Shown here one piece after another: positions 51,141 to 61,155 of a stretch of DNA of 64,000 nucleotides. The translations under genes and the position numbers were made by a program. The stretch's first letter is position 1. Every line of letters starts with the position of its first letter. Source of the stretch: an uncultured Verrucomicrobiota bacterium (lineage in GTDB: Bacteria; Verrucomicrobiota; Verrucomicrobiia; Limisphaerales; UBA9464); the NCBI GenBank assembly GCA_903916195.1, contig CAIWVP010000148.1, positions 10,396 through 74,395 on the forward strand, read 5' to 3'. Below the pieces are notes generated by a model that saw only the letters and a program-made list of their open reading frames with translations, had not been told where the DNA came from and did no database searches.

Positions 51141-54100
51141 ATGAGCCGACCTTCCTCATCCCGCGGTCCCGGCGCGCTGGTCTATCTGGGCGCCGTCCTG
51201 CTGCTCATCGGCGCGATCGTGGCCGGAGCGTGGTTCGCGGCGCAGCGCAGCGCCACCGGCACCGACGGCGACGGCAACGCGCCCTTCGCGCAGGCGATGG
51301 CCTCGGGCAAGACATTCTATGACAAAGGCGATCCCGGAAAAGCCATCAGCGCCTTCCAGACCGCCCTGGCCATGAACCCGGCGAACCCCGACGTCCATAT
51401 CAACCTCGCCAACGCCTTCCTGCTCGCGAACCAACCCGGCCCCGTCGCGATCCACGCCGCGGAGGCGCTGCGCTTCGAACCCGGCAACGGCGCCGCCCAC
51501 TACCTGCTCGGATGCTCCGCGTTGCGGCAGAACCAGTACTCGAACGCGGTGCAGTCCTTGCAGGAGGCCAAGGCGGCCGACCCGACGATGAACGCGGTGA
51601 GCTTCCAGCTCGGCCGGGCGTTCTTCGGTTGGGGCAAGCTCGACGACGCCGCGGCCCAGCTGCGCGAGGTCACGCAGTTCGACACGAACCATCCGTCCGC
51701 CTTCTACCTGCTCAGCCAGGTGCTGCTCCGCCAAGGCCAACGCGAGGAGGCCGTCGCCGCCCTCGCTTCCCACCAGAGGATCGCCGCCGGAAAGACGCAG
51801 GCGGCCGACGATCCCGCCATCTACGAACGCTGCCGCTACACCGAGATCGTCGCGCCCTTCCCGCTGGAACAACCGGCCCGGGACGGCATCACGCTGAAGT
51901 TCACCACGACACGGCCCGCGCGTTCGGCGGCAACGGGGCGAAGCTCCACGGTGCGTTCGGTCTGATCGACATCAACCGGCGCGGATGGAACGACCTGATC
52001 ATCGCGAACGAGACGGGCGTCCAACTGCTCTGGAACTCCAACGGCGTCTTCACCGCCCGCACCGCGCCGCTCGCCGTCACCACCGCCGCCGGCGCCACGC
52101 AGGTGCTCGTCGGCGACCTCCAGAACGACCGGTACGAAGACGCCGCGATCGTCGGCCCCGCCGGCGTCTCGGTCCTGCGCTTCGCGACCAACGGCGTCTT
52201 CAGCGACGTCACGGCGCAGAGCGGACTGCGCGCCGCCAAGGCCTCGGGGACCGCCGGCGCGCTCGGCGACCTCGATTTCACCGGCAAACTCGGCCTCATG
52301 CTCGCGACGGCGGACGGGCAGCTCCGCAGCTTCACCAACCTCGGCAGCGGGACCTTCCGCGAGCGCAAGGGCGATCCCTTCGGCGCCACCAACGTCATCG
52401 CCGTCGCCGTGGACGACTGGAGCAACGACGACCTGCCCGACGTGCTGCTCACGCGCGCCGGCCAGCCGCCGCTGCTGCTCGCCAACGTCCGTGGATCCGG
52501 CCTCGTCGCGACCAACCCTCCGACCGGTTGGCCCGCCGCGCGCGCTCTCGCCGTCGGCGACCTCAACAACGACCTGCGCAACGACGTGGCCCTCGTCACC
52601 GACAAGGCCATCGAGATCTTCTTCGGTGGTCTGCGCGAACCGCTGCGGCTCCCGGCCAAGGGCAACCGCATCCGCCACCTCCGCGGGCTGGATCTCGACA
52701 ACGACGGCTGGCTCGACCTCGTCTCTTGGGGCGCCGACGGCGTCCGCGTGTGGCGCAACCGCGGCAACGCCGGCTTCCACGAGGTGACCGCCGGGCTTGG
52801 CCTCGGCGTGCTCGCGACCTCCGATATCACCCAGCTGGCCGCGGCGGATCTCGACGCCGATTGCGACATCGACCTCGTCATCGAGGTCGCCGGCGACGGC
52901 CTGAAGATGCTGCGCAACGACGGCGGCAACGCCAACGGCATGCTCAAGCTCCGCCTGCTCGGCAACCGCTCGAACGCCAGCGCTCTCGGAGTGAAGACCG
53001 AGCTCTCCGCCGGCGGCTGGCACGGGCTGCGTTCCGTGCAGACCCTCCCGATCGAGATCGGCGTCGGCAAACGGAAGCAGCTCGATTCGGTCAGCATCCG
53101 CTGGTTCGACACCCGTCAGGACACCACGGAGGTCGCCGTTTCGTGCGAGCCGATGTCCTTGTTCGAGCTCGTGCTTCCCACCGGTTCCTGCCCCTACCTC
53201 TACACCTGGGACGGCCATAGCAACCGCTTCGTCACCGACATCCTGGGCGCCGCGCCGCTGGGCTTGCCCGTCGCGCCGGGACGCTTCATCGACGCCGATC
53301 CGGACGAACTGGTGCGCCTCGGCGACGAGACCGACGTCGTGCCGAAGGACGGCGATTACGTCGTCCATCTCACCGAGGAATTGCGCGAGATCCTGTATCT
53401 CGACCAGGCACGGCTCGTGGTCGCGGACCGGCCCGCCGGCCAAGAGGTCCACACCACCGGCAAGCTGGTCCCCGGGAAACCGTTCCCGAAGCACGAGCTG
53501 GTCGCGTTGGGCGGACGCGTGCCGCTGCGCCGTGCCGAGGACCTGTCGGGCAACGACGTCACCTCGGCCCTCGGGACGGCCGACGGCCGGATGGTCTCGC
53601 CCGCCTCGCTCCGCGGACCGCAATACCGCGGCCTCGCCGAGCCCCACGGCGTCGTGCTCGATTTCGGTCCGATCGCAGATGCCGCCCGGCCCGTCCTGGC
53701 GCTGACCGGTTGGCTGCGCTTCGGCGGCGGCATGGCCAACATCGCCGGCTCGCACTCGTCGGACTTCCCGTTCCCCTTCCCCATGCTCGAGGCCGGCACC
53801 GCCGCGGGCTGGCAGAAGGTGGACGTCACCGTCGGCGCACCCGCCGGCAAGACGAAGACCATCCTCGTGGATCTTGCCGGCAAGCTGCCCGCGGGCACGA
53901 CACGGCTCCGGTTGACCCAGTCGTTCGAGATCCACTGGGACCGCATCGCTCTCTTCACCGAGAGCCGGAAGCCGTCGGTCCACGACGTCGCACCGAGCGC
54001 GACCGACCTCCACTGGCGCGGCTACAGCGAGTTCGCCGACCTGCCCTGGACGCAGCCGCTCACGCCGGTCTACGACCGCGTGAAATCGAAGCCGTCGTGG

Positions 54101-54478
54101 ACCATCACGCCGTCCGGTTGGGTCACGCGCCACGGCGCGGTGGACGAGCTGCTGGCGGCGTCCGACAACGGCCTCGTGCTCGTCGCCGGCGGCGATGAGC
54201 TGACGATGCGGTTCGCGGCCGACCGCCTGCCGCCGAAGCCGGCGGGAATGGTGCGCGAGTTCTTCCTGTCCGTGACCGGCTGGGACAAGGACGCCGATTA
54301 CCATGTCGTCCGCGGCGACGAGGTGGGGCCGCTGCCGTGGCGCGGCATGGACGACCAGCGCTACGGGAGCGAGCCGCGGCCGGCCTTCCGGAGCGACGCG
54401 CTGCACGAGCGCTTCGGTTCGCGCTGGATCGGTCCCAAGACATTCGTCCGCCGCGACCGATCGACATCGAAGCCGTGA
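51141..54478 (+). pseudogene. TPR + FG-GAP/VCBS + ASPIC/UnbV (CRTAC1-like) protein, reading frame interrupted near 51900
   Basis: Frame A (51141..51965) encodes a TM helix plus TPR repeats and ends ...DGITLKFTTTRPARS...stop. The meaningful part of frame B (51512..54478) starts at ...DTARAFGGNGAKLHGAFGLIDINRRGWNDLIIA. It continues through FG-GAP/VCBS repeats (GDLNNDLRNDV, LDLDNDGWLDL, ADLDADCDIDL) and an ASPIC/UnbV-like region (LKLRLLGNRSNASALGVKTEL). Upstream of ~51900 frame B is Arg-rich nonsense, and it has no plausible start codon. Confidence 0.6.
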
Positions 54479-54594
54479 GGACAAACCGGATCCGGACCGG
54501 GACCGCATCGCGACCCCCGCTCCTCCTCGCCTGTGATCTGCTCGCTGGGCTGGACCCGGGACACTTTTTCGAGCGGCTTGCCGATTGAGATCCC

Positions 54595-55269
54595 ATGGCA
54601 GGACCGACCTCTCCGGAAGCCGTGGTCCTGCTCCACGGACTGTGCCGGACCCGGCGCTCGATGATCCCGATGGAGCGGGCATTGGCCGCGGAAGGATTCG
54701 ACATCTGGAACGTGGGCTATCCGTCACGGACCCGGTCCATCGCCGAATTGGCCGACCAGGTCATCCCCGCAGCGCTCGCACGATGCCGCGGCGCCGGCGC
54801 GCGCACGATCCACTTCGTCACCCATTCGATGGGAGGGATCCTGGTCCGGGCATGGACGGCCAAGGAGAGGATCCCCGACCTCGGCCGCGTGGTGATGCTC
54901 GGACCGCCCAACCAAGGCAGCGAAGTCGTCGATGTCCTGGGGCGCCACTGGATCTTTGGGAAGCTGAACGGACCCGCGGGCCGCGAGCTGGGGACGGGCG
55001 TCGATTCGACGCCGAACCGGCTCGGCCCGGTGACGTTTCCGCTCGGGGTCATCGCCGGCGACCGATCGGTCAACTGGATCAACAGCCTCTGGATCCGAGG
55101 CGACGACGACGGCAAGGTCTCGGTCGAGCGCACCCGGGTCGCCGGGATGACCGACCACATCGTGGTCCACGCGAGCCATCCGTCCTTGATGCGGGACGCC
55201 CGGGCCATCCGGGAGACGATCTGTTTCCTCCGCACGGGGACGTTCGAGCCCGCTGCGGCGGGCCACTGA
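54595..55269 (+). CDS. alpha/beta-fold hydrolase (esterase/lipase-like)
   Basis: 224-aa ORF with ATG at 54595. It contains VVLLHGL, the nucleophile elbow THSMGG, and a C-terminal DGKV...H segment compatible with a Ser-Asp-His triad. Confidence 0.75.
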   Translation: MAGPTSPEAVVLLHGLCRTRRSMIPMERALAAEGFDIWNVGYPSRTRSIAELADQVIPAALARCRGAGARTIHFVTHSMGGILVRAWTAKERIPDLGRVVMLGPPNQGSEVVDVLGRHWIFGKLNGPAGRELGTGVDSTPNRLGPVTFPLGVIAGDRSVNWINSLWIRGDDDGKVSVERTRVAGMTDHIVVHASHPSLMRDARAIRETICFLRTGTFEPAAAGH

Positions 55270-55320
55270 TCACCGGGCCGCGGCCGAGTCCGCACCGGTC
55301 GGGCGGGGCACCACCGGTGG

Positions 55321-55352
55321 AAAGAAAAACGGGCGACGCGTCGGCGTCGCCC
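55321..55352 (-). terminator. rho-independent terminator of the PQQ-dehydrogenase gene
   Basis: Stem gggcgacgc (55331-55339) pairs with gcgtcgccc (55344-55352). On the minus strand it is followed by gtttttcttt (reverse complement of 55321-55330). It lies 29 nt beyond the stop at 55381. Confidence 0.65.
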
Positions 55353-55380
55353 GTGTGTCGATGCGGAGCCTAGGACCCGG

Positions 55381-56991
55381 TCACTGCATCTCGCCGATGT
55401 GTTCGAGGCGGAGGATCTTCGTGTCCTTGTTGTTGCCCCATTCCTTGCCGTACTCGATGACGTAGAGGCAACCGTCGGCGCCGAGTTCGACGTCCATCGG
55501 ACGCTTGATCTCGGTGCCGGGCATGAAGCGCGACATCATCAGTTTGCCGTTGGCGTCCTTGGCGATGTTGTCGTCCTTGTCGAGCTTCACGGCGATGATC
55601 CAGTTCCGGCTCCACTCGTAGATGAAGAGCGTGTGGTCGAACTCCTTGGGCAGCTTGTGCGGCGATTTCAGGGACGGATCGAAGTAGTACACCGGACCGG
55701 CCATCGCTGTGCGGCCGCCGCTGCCGACCGCGGGGAACTTGGTGGACGGGGACGGCGGGTAGTAGATGAAGGCCGGCTGCGCGGGCGGCAGGTCGCGGAT
55801 GCCGGTGTTGTTCGGAGAATCGTTCACCGGATGCGCGGCGTCGTAGAAGGTCGGCTTGAAGTCGGCCGCGATCCAGGGCGCGGGCTTGGCCGGCCATCCG
55901 GATTCGGGTTTGCCGTCCTTCTTGGCCTGGGCGCGCGCCGCGTTGACGTCGTTGAAGGCCTGCCGGGCGACGTAATCGGCCGGGGTGTAGGGCTTGTTGT
56001 CACCGACGAAGTAAGGCCAGCCGAAGAAGCCGGCCTTGCGGGCCTGATTGACCTCGTCGTGTCCGGCCGGGCCGCGCTGCGGGTTCGGGCCGCCGGCATC
56101 GGGACCGACCTCACCCCAGTAGAGGTAGCCGGTCTTCTGGTCGACGGCGATACGGAACGGGTTGCGGTTGCCCATCACGTAGACCTCGGGCTTGGTGCCG
56201 GGCGTGCCGGGCTTGAAGAGGTTGCCGGCCGGGATCGAGTAGCCGCCGTCGGCCTTGGGCGTGATGCGGAGGATCTTCCCGGTGAGCGAGTTCGCGTTGG
56301 CCGCGGAGCGCTGGGCGTCCCACGGATAGTGGCCCTTGCGAGGATCGTTCGGCGAATAGCCGTCGGAATCGAACGGATTCGTGTTGTCGCCGACCGAGAC
56401 GTAGAGGTTGCCCTTGGCGTCGAAGGCCAACGACCCGCCGACGTGGCAGCACTGCTCGCGCTGGACCGGGATCTCGATGATGGTCTTCTCGCCGGCGAGG
56501 TCCAACGCCTCGCCCTTCAGGGTGTACCGGGAGACGCGGATCTTGCCGGACTTGCCGTTCTCTTGGCCGTCGTGGGTCGTCTCGGTGAGGGAGTGGTTGA
56601 GGTAGATCCAGCCGTTCGCGAGGAACTTCGGGTCGAGCGTGATGCCGAGCATGCCCTCTTCGAGGCCGTCGAACACCGGGATGGTGGCGATCACGACCGT
56701 CGCCTTGGTGGACGGGCTCCACATCTTCACGATGCCTTTGCGCTCGGCCCAGAACACGCGGCCGTCCTTGGCCACAGCCAGTTCCATCGGGTCGACGATG
56801 GTGTCGGTCGCCTTGCCGTCGACCACGGCGTCCTCGTCGAGGACCACCTTGCGGAAGGCGGATTCCGGAGGAAACCAGCTGGCGTCGGGTTTGACGCCGC
56901 CGCCGCTGCCTGTGGTGGGCGTCTGGGTGGCCTGGCCGAGGGCGAGGTTCATCGCCAGCATGAAGCCGGCGGAAAACGTGGGGAATCGCAT
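55381..56991 (-). CDS. PQQ-dependent sugar dehydrogenase (soluble glucose/sorbosone dehydrogenase family, beta-propeller)
   Basis: 536-aa ORF with a signal peptide (MRFPTFSAGFMLAMNLALGQA). Family patterns are MELAVAKDGRVFWAERKG, EEGMLGITLDP, CCHVGGSLAFDAKGNLYVSVGDN, GKILRI and NPFRIAVD...GYLYWGEVGPD. Confidence 0.85.
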   Translation of the reverse strand: MRFPTFSAGFMLAMNLALGQATQTPTTGSGGGVKPDASWFPPESAFRKVVLDEDAVVDGKATDTIVDPMELAVAKDGRVFWAERKGIVKMWSPSTKATVVIATIPVFDGLEEGMLGITLDPKFLANGWIYLNHSLTETTHDGQENGKSGKIRVSRYTLKGEALDLAGEKTIIEIPVQREQCCHVGGSLAFDAKGNLYVSVGDNTNPFDSDGYSPNDPRKGHYPWDAQRSAANANSLTGKILRITPKADGGYSIPAGNLFKPGTPGTKPEVYVMGNRNPFRIAVDQKTGYLYWGEVGPDAGGPNPQRGPAGHDEVNQARKAGFFGWPYFVGDNKPYTPADYVARQAFNDVNAARAQAKKDGKPESGWPAKPAPWIAADFKPTFYDAAHPVNDSPNNTGIRDLPPAQPAFIYYPPSPSTKFPAVGSGGRTAMAGPVYYFDPSLKSPHKLPKEFDHTLFIYEWSRNWIIAVKLDKDDNIAKDANGKLMMSRFMPGTEIKRPMDVELGADGCLYVIEYGKEWGNNKDTKILRLEHIGEMQ

Positions 56992-57050
56992 GCGCCGGAT
57001 GGACTACACGAGCCGCAGGTTTAATCAATCCAAGTTTCCCTCAAAGCAAC

Positions 57051-57079
57051 GTTGACACCCGCTCCCTCATGCGGTTACC
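57051..57079 (+). promoter_or_regulatory. candidate promoter of rplU-rpmA
   Basis: A perfect TTGACA hexamer lies at 57051-57056, with a weak -10-like ttacct 17 nt downstream (57074-57079). It is ~30 nt upstream of the rplU start. The -10 match is poor. Confidence 0.3.
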
Positions 57080-57109
57080 TCGAGTCTCTTTTTTACGGAG
57101 CGAATCTAT

Positions 57110-57421
57110 ATGTATGCTGTGATGGAAACAGGCGGGAAGCAGTATCGCGTTACTGCCGGCGACACCTTGGAGATCGAGAAGCTCGAGCTCGAACCCGGCG
57201 CTATCGCCACCTTCGACCGCGTGTTGATGGTGAACAACGGCGGCGTCATCACCGTGGGCTCGCCCACCGTGGCGGGCGCGAAGGTCGTGGCCGATGTGGT
57301 CGAGCAGACCAAGGCCGACAAAGTCATCATCTTCAAGATGAAACGCCGCAAGGGCTACCACAAGAAGCAGGGCCATCGGCAAAAACTCACGGTCATCAAG
57401 GTCAAAGAGATCACGGCTTAA
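57110..57421 (+). CDS. rplU: 50S ribosomal protein L21
   Basis: 103-aa ORF: MYAVMETGGKQYRVTAGDTLEIEKL...KVIIFKMKRRKGYHKKQGHRQ, a canonical bL21 sequence. Confidence 0.95.
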   Translation: MYAVMETGGKQYRVTAGDTLEIEKLELEPGAIATFDRVLMVNNGGVITVGSPTVAGAKVVADVVEQTKADKVIIFKMKRRKGYHKKQGHRQKLTVIKVKEITA

Positions 57422-57439
57422 TCCCACCGAAGGAATTCT

Positions 57440-57718
57440 ATGGCGCATAAGAAAGGTCAAGGCAGCGTACGCAACGGTCGCGACAGCCACGGCAAACGGC
57501 TGGGCGTGAAACGTTTCGGAGGCCAGCTGGTCAACGCCGGCACCATCATCATCCGCCAGCGCGGCTCCAAGTTCCACCCCGGGGTGAACGTCGGGGTCGG
57601 CCGCGATTGGACATTGTTCGCCCTCATCGACGGACGCGTGAAGTTCGATAAGCACCGCCGCCGCGTGCACATCGAAGCCGAGGTCGAAGTCGAGGCCGCA
57701 GAAGTCGCCAAGAACTGA
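57440..57718 (+). CDS. rpmA: 50S ribosomal protein L27
   Basis: 92-aa ORF: [48 protein letters not shown], a canonical bL27 sequence with an acidic C-terminal tail. Confidence 0.95.
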   Translation: MAHKKGQGSVRNGRDSHGKRLGVKRFGGQLVNAGTIIIRQRGSKFHPGVNVGVGRDWTLFALIDGRVKFDKHRRRVHIEAEVEVEAAEVAKN

Positions 57719-57742
57719 CGTCCTCCGGCACATCTTTTCTCA

Positions 57743-57773
57743 GGCGAGGCCGCTGGCCTCGCCTTTTTTTTTT
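57743..57773 (+). terminator. rho-independent terminator/attenuator after rpmA
   Basis: Stem ggcgaggcc (57743-57751), loop gct, ggcctcgcc (57755-57763), followed by ten T residues (57764-57773). It ends 19 nt upstream of the obg start. Confidence 0.75.
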
Positions 57774-57792
57774 AGCCCGATATCCTGCCGCA

Positions 57793-59007
57793 ATGTTCAT
57801 CGACGAGGTCAAGATCTTCGCCAGCGCCGGCCACGGCGGCAAAGGCGCCGTCGCGTTCCACCGCGAAGCCTACATCACCAAAGGAGGCCCCAGCGGGGGC
57901 AACGGCGGACGCGGGGGCGACGTCGTGCTCGTCGCCGACCACGACCTCAACAACCTGATCCAACAGTTCTACGTCCCGCGCCTGATCGCCGCTGCGGGCG
58001 AGGCGGGCATGGGCAAGGGCATGGACGGCGCCGCCGGCAAGGACCTCATCATCAAGGTGCCCTGCGGGACGCTCGTGTGGCGCATCGCCAAGCCCTTGGA
58101 GGAGGTCGAGGCCGATCCCGAGAACGAGGTCTCCTCGAAGGCAAAGGTCGCAACCAAAGCGGACACGGCTCCGGCCGGCGGAGGCAAGATCCCGGTCGGC
58201 ACCGCGAAACGTCCCACGATCCGGACGGCGAAAGGGGTGTCGGCCCTGGAGATCGACCTGGAGGAAGAAGGCTTCGATGACCCCATCGCGAACGTTCGCG
58301 ACAAAGGCGAGCTCGTCTGCGACCTGGTCGAGAACGGCCAGCGATTCGTGCTCTGCAAGGCGGGGCGCGGAGGCCTCGGCAACCGCAACTTCGCCACCAG
58401 CGTCCGGCAGGCGCCGAGGTACGCACAACCCGGTGAACCGGGCGATGAAGGCGAGTTCCTCTTCGAGCTGCGCATGGTCGCCGAGGTCGGCTTGGTGGGC
58501 TACCCGAACGCCGGCAAGTCCACGCTGCTCACCGCGATCTCCCACGCCCGCCCGCGTATCGCGCCGTATCCGTTCACGACGCTCACGCCGCAGGTCGGGA
58601 TCCTCGAGTACGAGGACTGGCACCGCCTGACCATCTGTGACGTGCCCGGGCTGATCGCCGGCGCGCACCAGGACGTCGGCCTGGGCCACGCGTTCCTCCG
58701 CCACATCGCGCGCTGCCGCATCATCGTCATCCTGCTCGACATGGCGGGGACCGACAACCGCGAGCCGTGGGACGACTACGCGAGCCTCCTGCAAGAGCTC
58801 GAGCTCTACGACCCTGCCCTGCTGGAGAAGCCCCGACTGGTCGTCGCCAACAAGATGGACGAGCCGGCTGCCGAGGCGATGCTGAAGAAGTTCAAGCGCA
58901 AGATCACCAAGACGCCGGTCCTGCCCATCTCCGCCGCGTTCGGCCAAGGCATCCCGGAGTTCCGCCGCCTGATCCGCAAAGCGGCCCAGGCCCAGCTGCC
59001 GCGCTGA
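57793..59007 (+). CDS. obg: GTPase Obg/CgtA with ~75-aa insertion in the N-terminal Obg fold
   Basis: 404-aa ORF. The Gly-rich Obg fold reads [25 protein letters not shown]...[14 protein letters not shown]. The G domain has [15 protein letters not shown] and NKMD. aa 97-171 (nt 58081-58305) have no counterpart in E. coli ObgE, which has only a few residues between VPVGT.V and GE....D. Confidence 0.9.
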   Translation: MFIDEVKIFASAGHGGKGAVAFHREAYITKGGPSGGNGGRGGDVVLVADHDLNNLIQQFYVPRLIAAAGEAGMGKGMDGAAGKDLIIKVPCGTLVWRIAKPLEEVEADPENEVSSKAKVATKADTAPAGGGKIPVGTAKRPTIRTAKGVSALEIDLEEEGFDDPIANVRDKGELVCDLVENGQRFVLCKAGRGGLGNRNFATSVRQAPRYAQPGEPGDEGEFLFELRMVAEVGLVGYPNAGKSTLLTAISHARPRIAPYPFTTLTPQVGILEYEDWHRLTICDVPGLIAGAHQDVGLGHAFLRHIARCRIIVILLDMAGTDNREPWDDYASLLQELELYDPALLEKPRLVVANKMDEPAAEAMLKKFKRKITKTPVLPISAAFGQGIPEFRRLIRKAAQAQLPR

Positions 59008-59034
59008 CCGGTCCGGATACGGGCTCGGCGCCGT

Positions 59035-59709
59035 TCAGGCGACCAAGCCGTCCACGACCTCCACCACGCGCCCGGCACGGGCCGCGATCTTCGGGTCGTG
59101 CGTCGCGATCACCAACGTCGTGCCGCGGTCGGCGCGCAGCGCGAGCAGCACCTCGATGATCTCCGCGCCGGTCTTGGTGTCGAGGTTGCCCGTCGGTTCG
59201 TCGGCCAGGATCAGCTCCGGGTCGTTGATGAGGCAGCGGGCGATGGCCACGCGCTGCTGTTCGCCGCCGGACAACTCGTACGGGCGGTGACCGAAGCGTT
59301 CCGCCAACCCGACCCGGTGCAGCAGTTCTTCCGCCTTCGCCTTCGCCATTTTCGCAGGCATCCGCGCCATCCGCGCCGGGAGCGCCGCGTTCTCGACGGC
59401 ATCGAGTTCCGGCAACAGATGGTAGGCCTGGAAGATGAACCCCACACGGAGGTTGCGGAACGCCGTCAACGCGGAGGTCGACAGCGTCCCGAGGTCGGAG
59501 CCGCAGACGCGGATCGTCCCGGAATCGGGCCGGTCGAGGCCGCCCAGCAGATGCAGGAGCGTGCTCTTTCCCGCGCCGCTCGCCCCGCGCAGCGCGACGA
59601 ATTCCCCGCGGTGCGCCACGAAATCCACGCCCCGGAGCACGTCCAGGCGTCGCCGCCCGAGCGAATACGATTTCCGCACGCACGCCGCGGACAAGATCTC
59701 GTCATCCAT
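59035..59709 (-). CDS. lolD: lipoprotein-releasing system ATP-binding protein LolD-like
   Basis: 224-aa ORF with Walker A (GASGAGKST), signature (LSGGEQQR) and Walker B ([12 protein letters not shown]). It overlaps the upstream LolC/E-type permease gene by 8 nt. Confidence 0.85.
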   Translation of the reverse strand: MDDEILSAACVRKSYSLGRRRLDVLRGVDFVAHRGEFVALRGASGAGKSTLLHLLGGLDRPDSGTIRVCGSDLGTLSTSALTAFRNLRVGFIFQAYHLLPELDAVENAALPARMARMPAKMAKAKAEELLHRVGLAERFGHRPYELSGGEQQRVAIARCLINDPELILADEPTGNLDTKTGAEIIEVLLALRADRGTTLVIATHDPKIAARAGRVVEVVDGLVA

Positions 59710-61003
59710 GGCGGAGGGCCTCCACAGGTTGGAGCCAGGCGGCCCGGAGAGCGGGCAGCACGCCGGCCAGGATGCAGAGCACCAGCGACACGCCGCAGAT
59801 CACCGTGACATCCGAGACGACGACCTCGGCGGGCAGCTCGCGCAGCTGGTAGATCGACGAAGGGAACAGATTGAAACCCATCACATCGTTCATGAAGCGC
59901 AGGAACTCGTTGCGGTACCGGAGCGCGAGCATCCCGGCGCCCAGGCCGCTCAGCACGCCGAGCACGCCCACCACGAGGCTCTGGGCAAGAAAGAGCAACG
60001 CGACCGACATCGGCGTCGCGCCGAGCGCCTTGAGCATCCCGATCTCCCGGGTCTTCTGCACGATGAAGGTGATGAGCGCGCTCATGATCCCGAAGGCCGC
60101 GACCAGCACGATGAAGAACAGGATGAAGAACATCATCGTCCGCTCCGTGGTCAACGCGTTGAGCATGTCCTTGTTGTCCTCGAGCCAGGTGACCACCCCG
60201 TAGTCCGGCCCGAGCGAGGCCTGCATCTGGTCGCGGATGCGCATCGTGTTCCGTTCGGTCGGGTCCTTCAGCATCACGGTGAGCCCTTGGACGTCCTCGC
60301 CCAAGCCGCCGAGCTCTTGCGCATCGGCGAGGGAGGTGACGACGACGTTGGCGTTCCATTGGCTCAGGCCGAGGTCCACGAGGCCTCGGACCTTGTAGTC
60401 CGCCGCCATGGGCAGCTCATCCACCTCCTTGGTCGCGGATCTCTGGGCTTTGTCCATCAGCGCCGCCAGATGCTCGAACGCGGCCGGTGAATACAGCGCG
60501 ACCCGGTCCCCGGCGTGGAGGCCGAAGGTATCCGCCAGCTCGTAGCCCATGATCAGGCTCTTGGGCGACAGCTTCGCCTCGCCCTCGACCATGCTGTCGG
60601 TGATGCGGCTCACGCGGCTCTCCAACTGGGGATGCACGCCGCGCACCAAGGCGACGAACCGGCGCGATGCGCCACCGTTCGCCGGCTCGGACCGGACCAG
60701 CACGTGCGTGTTGATGTACGGCGCGACGCCGCGGACGGATGGGTTGGTGGCGACCCGGTCCATCACGGCGGCCCAATCGGACATCGAAGCCTGCCGGCGC
60801 TCGACCTTCAGGTGCGCCTGGAAGCCGATCAGGCTGTCGCGGAACTTGTTGTCGAAGCCCGTCATCACCGCGATGACGATGATCAGCACGGAGACACCGA
60901 GCATCACGCCGAGGATGCAGATGAGGGTGATCACCGACACGAACGTGCGCTTGGGGCGCAGATAGCGCAGCGCTAAGGCCAGCTCGAACGGCAACGACGA
61001 CAT
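59702..61003 (-). CDS. LolC/LolE-family lipoprotein-releasing ABC permease (FtsX/MacB-type)
   Basis: 433-aa ORF. The N-terminus MSSLPFELALALRYLRPKRTFVSVITLICILGV is typical of LolC/E. A large periplasmic loop and a C-terminal FtsX domain follow (MLKALGATPMSVALLFLAQ). Confidence 0.85.
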   Translation of the reverse strand: MSSLPFELALALRYLRPKRTFVSVITLICILGVMLGVSVLIIVIAVMTGFDNKFRDSLIGFQAHLKVERRQASMSDWAAVMDRVATNPSVRGVAPYINTHVLVRSEPANGGASRRFVALVRGVHPQLESRVSRITDSMVEGEAKLSPKSLIMGYELADTFGLHAGDRVALYSPAAFEHLAALMDKAQRSATKEVDELPMAADYKVRGLVDLGLSQWNANVVVTSLADAQELGGLGEDVQGLTVMLKDPTERNTMRIRDQMQASLGPDYGVVTWLEDNKDMLNALTTERTMMFFILFFIVLVAAFGIMSALITFIVQKTREIGMLKALGATPMSVALLFLAQSLVVGVLGVLSGLGAGMLALRYRNEFLRFMNDVMGFNLFPSSIYQLRELPAEVVVSDVTVICGVSLVLCILAGVLPALRAAWLQPVEALRHG

Positions 61004-61044
61004 GACGTGGGCGGACGCTAGCGGCGGAAGTCGCGATTACAAGA

Positions 61045-61082
61045 GCGGCCGACCCGAGCGGCCGACCCGACCCGACCCGACC
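61045..61082. repeat. short direct repeats: gcggccgacccga x2 followed by additional cccga units
   Basis: Read directly: 13-mers at 61045-61057 and 61058-61070, then cccga at 61071-61075 and 61076-61080. The repeats lie in the divergent intergenic region between the lolC/E-type gene (start 61003) and the DMT transporter gene (start 61156). Confidence 0.85.
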
Positions 61083-61155
61083 GGCTTCGCGCCCCGATGT
61101 TGACGGCGCGCCCCGTTCTGTTTCCCTCGCGCCGGCGACCGGTTGCGCGCGCCCG

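Noticed and set aside
50730-51322. Track ORFs 50730-51137 (-), 50849-51322 (+) and 50914-51159 (-) in the gap between the nucleosidase and TPR genes
   Set aside because: They are mutually overlapping, Arg-rich and without motifs. The only recognisable coding signal there is the 41-codon prepilin-type stump (50876-51001).
51836-54727. 963-aa ORF antisense to the FG-GAP/ASPIC gene (the longest ORF in that region)
   Set aside because: The sequence is Arg/Gly/Ala/Val-rich without domains. The sense frame shows repeated FG-GAP/VCBS DxDxDG-like motifs.
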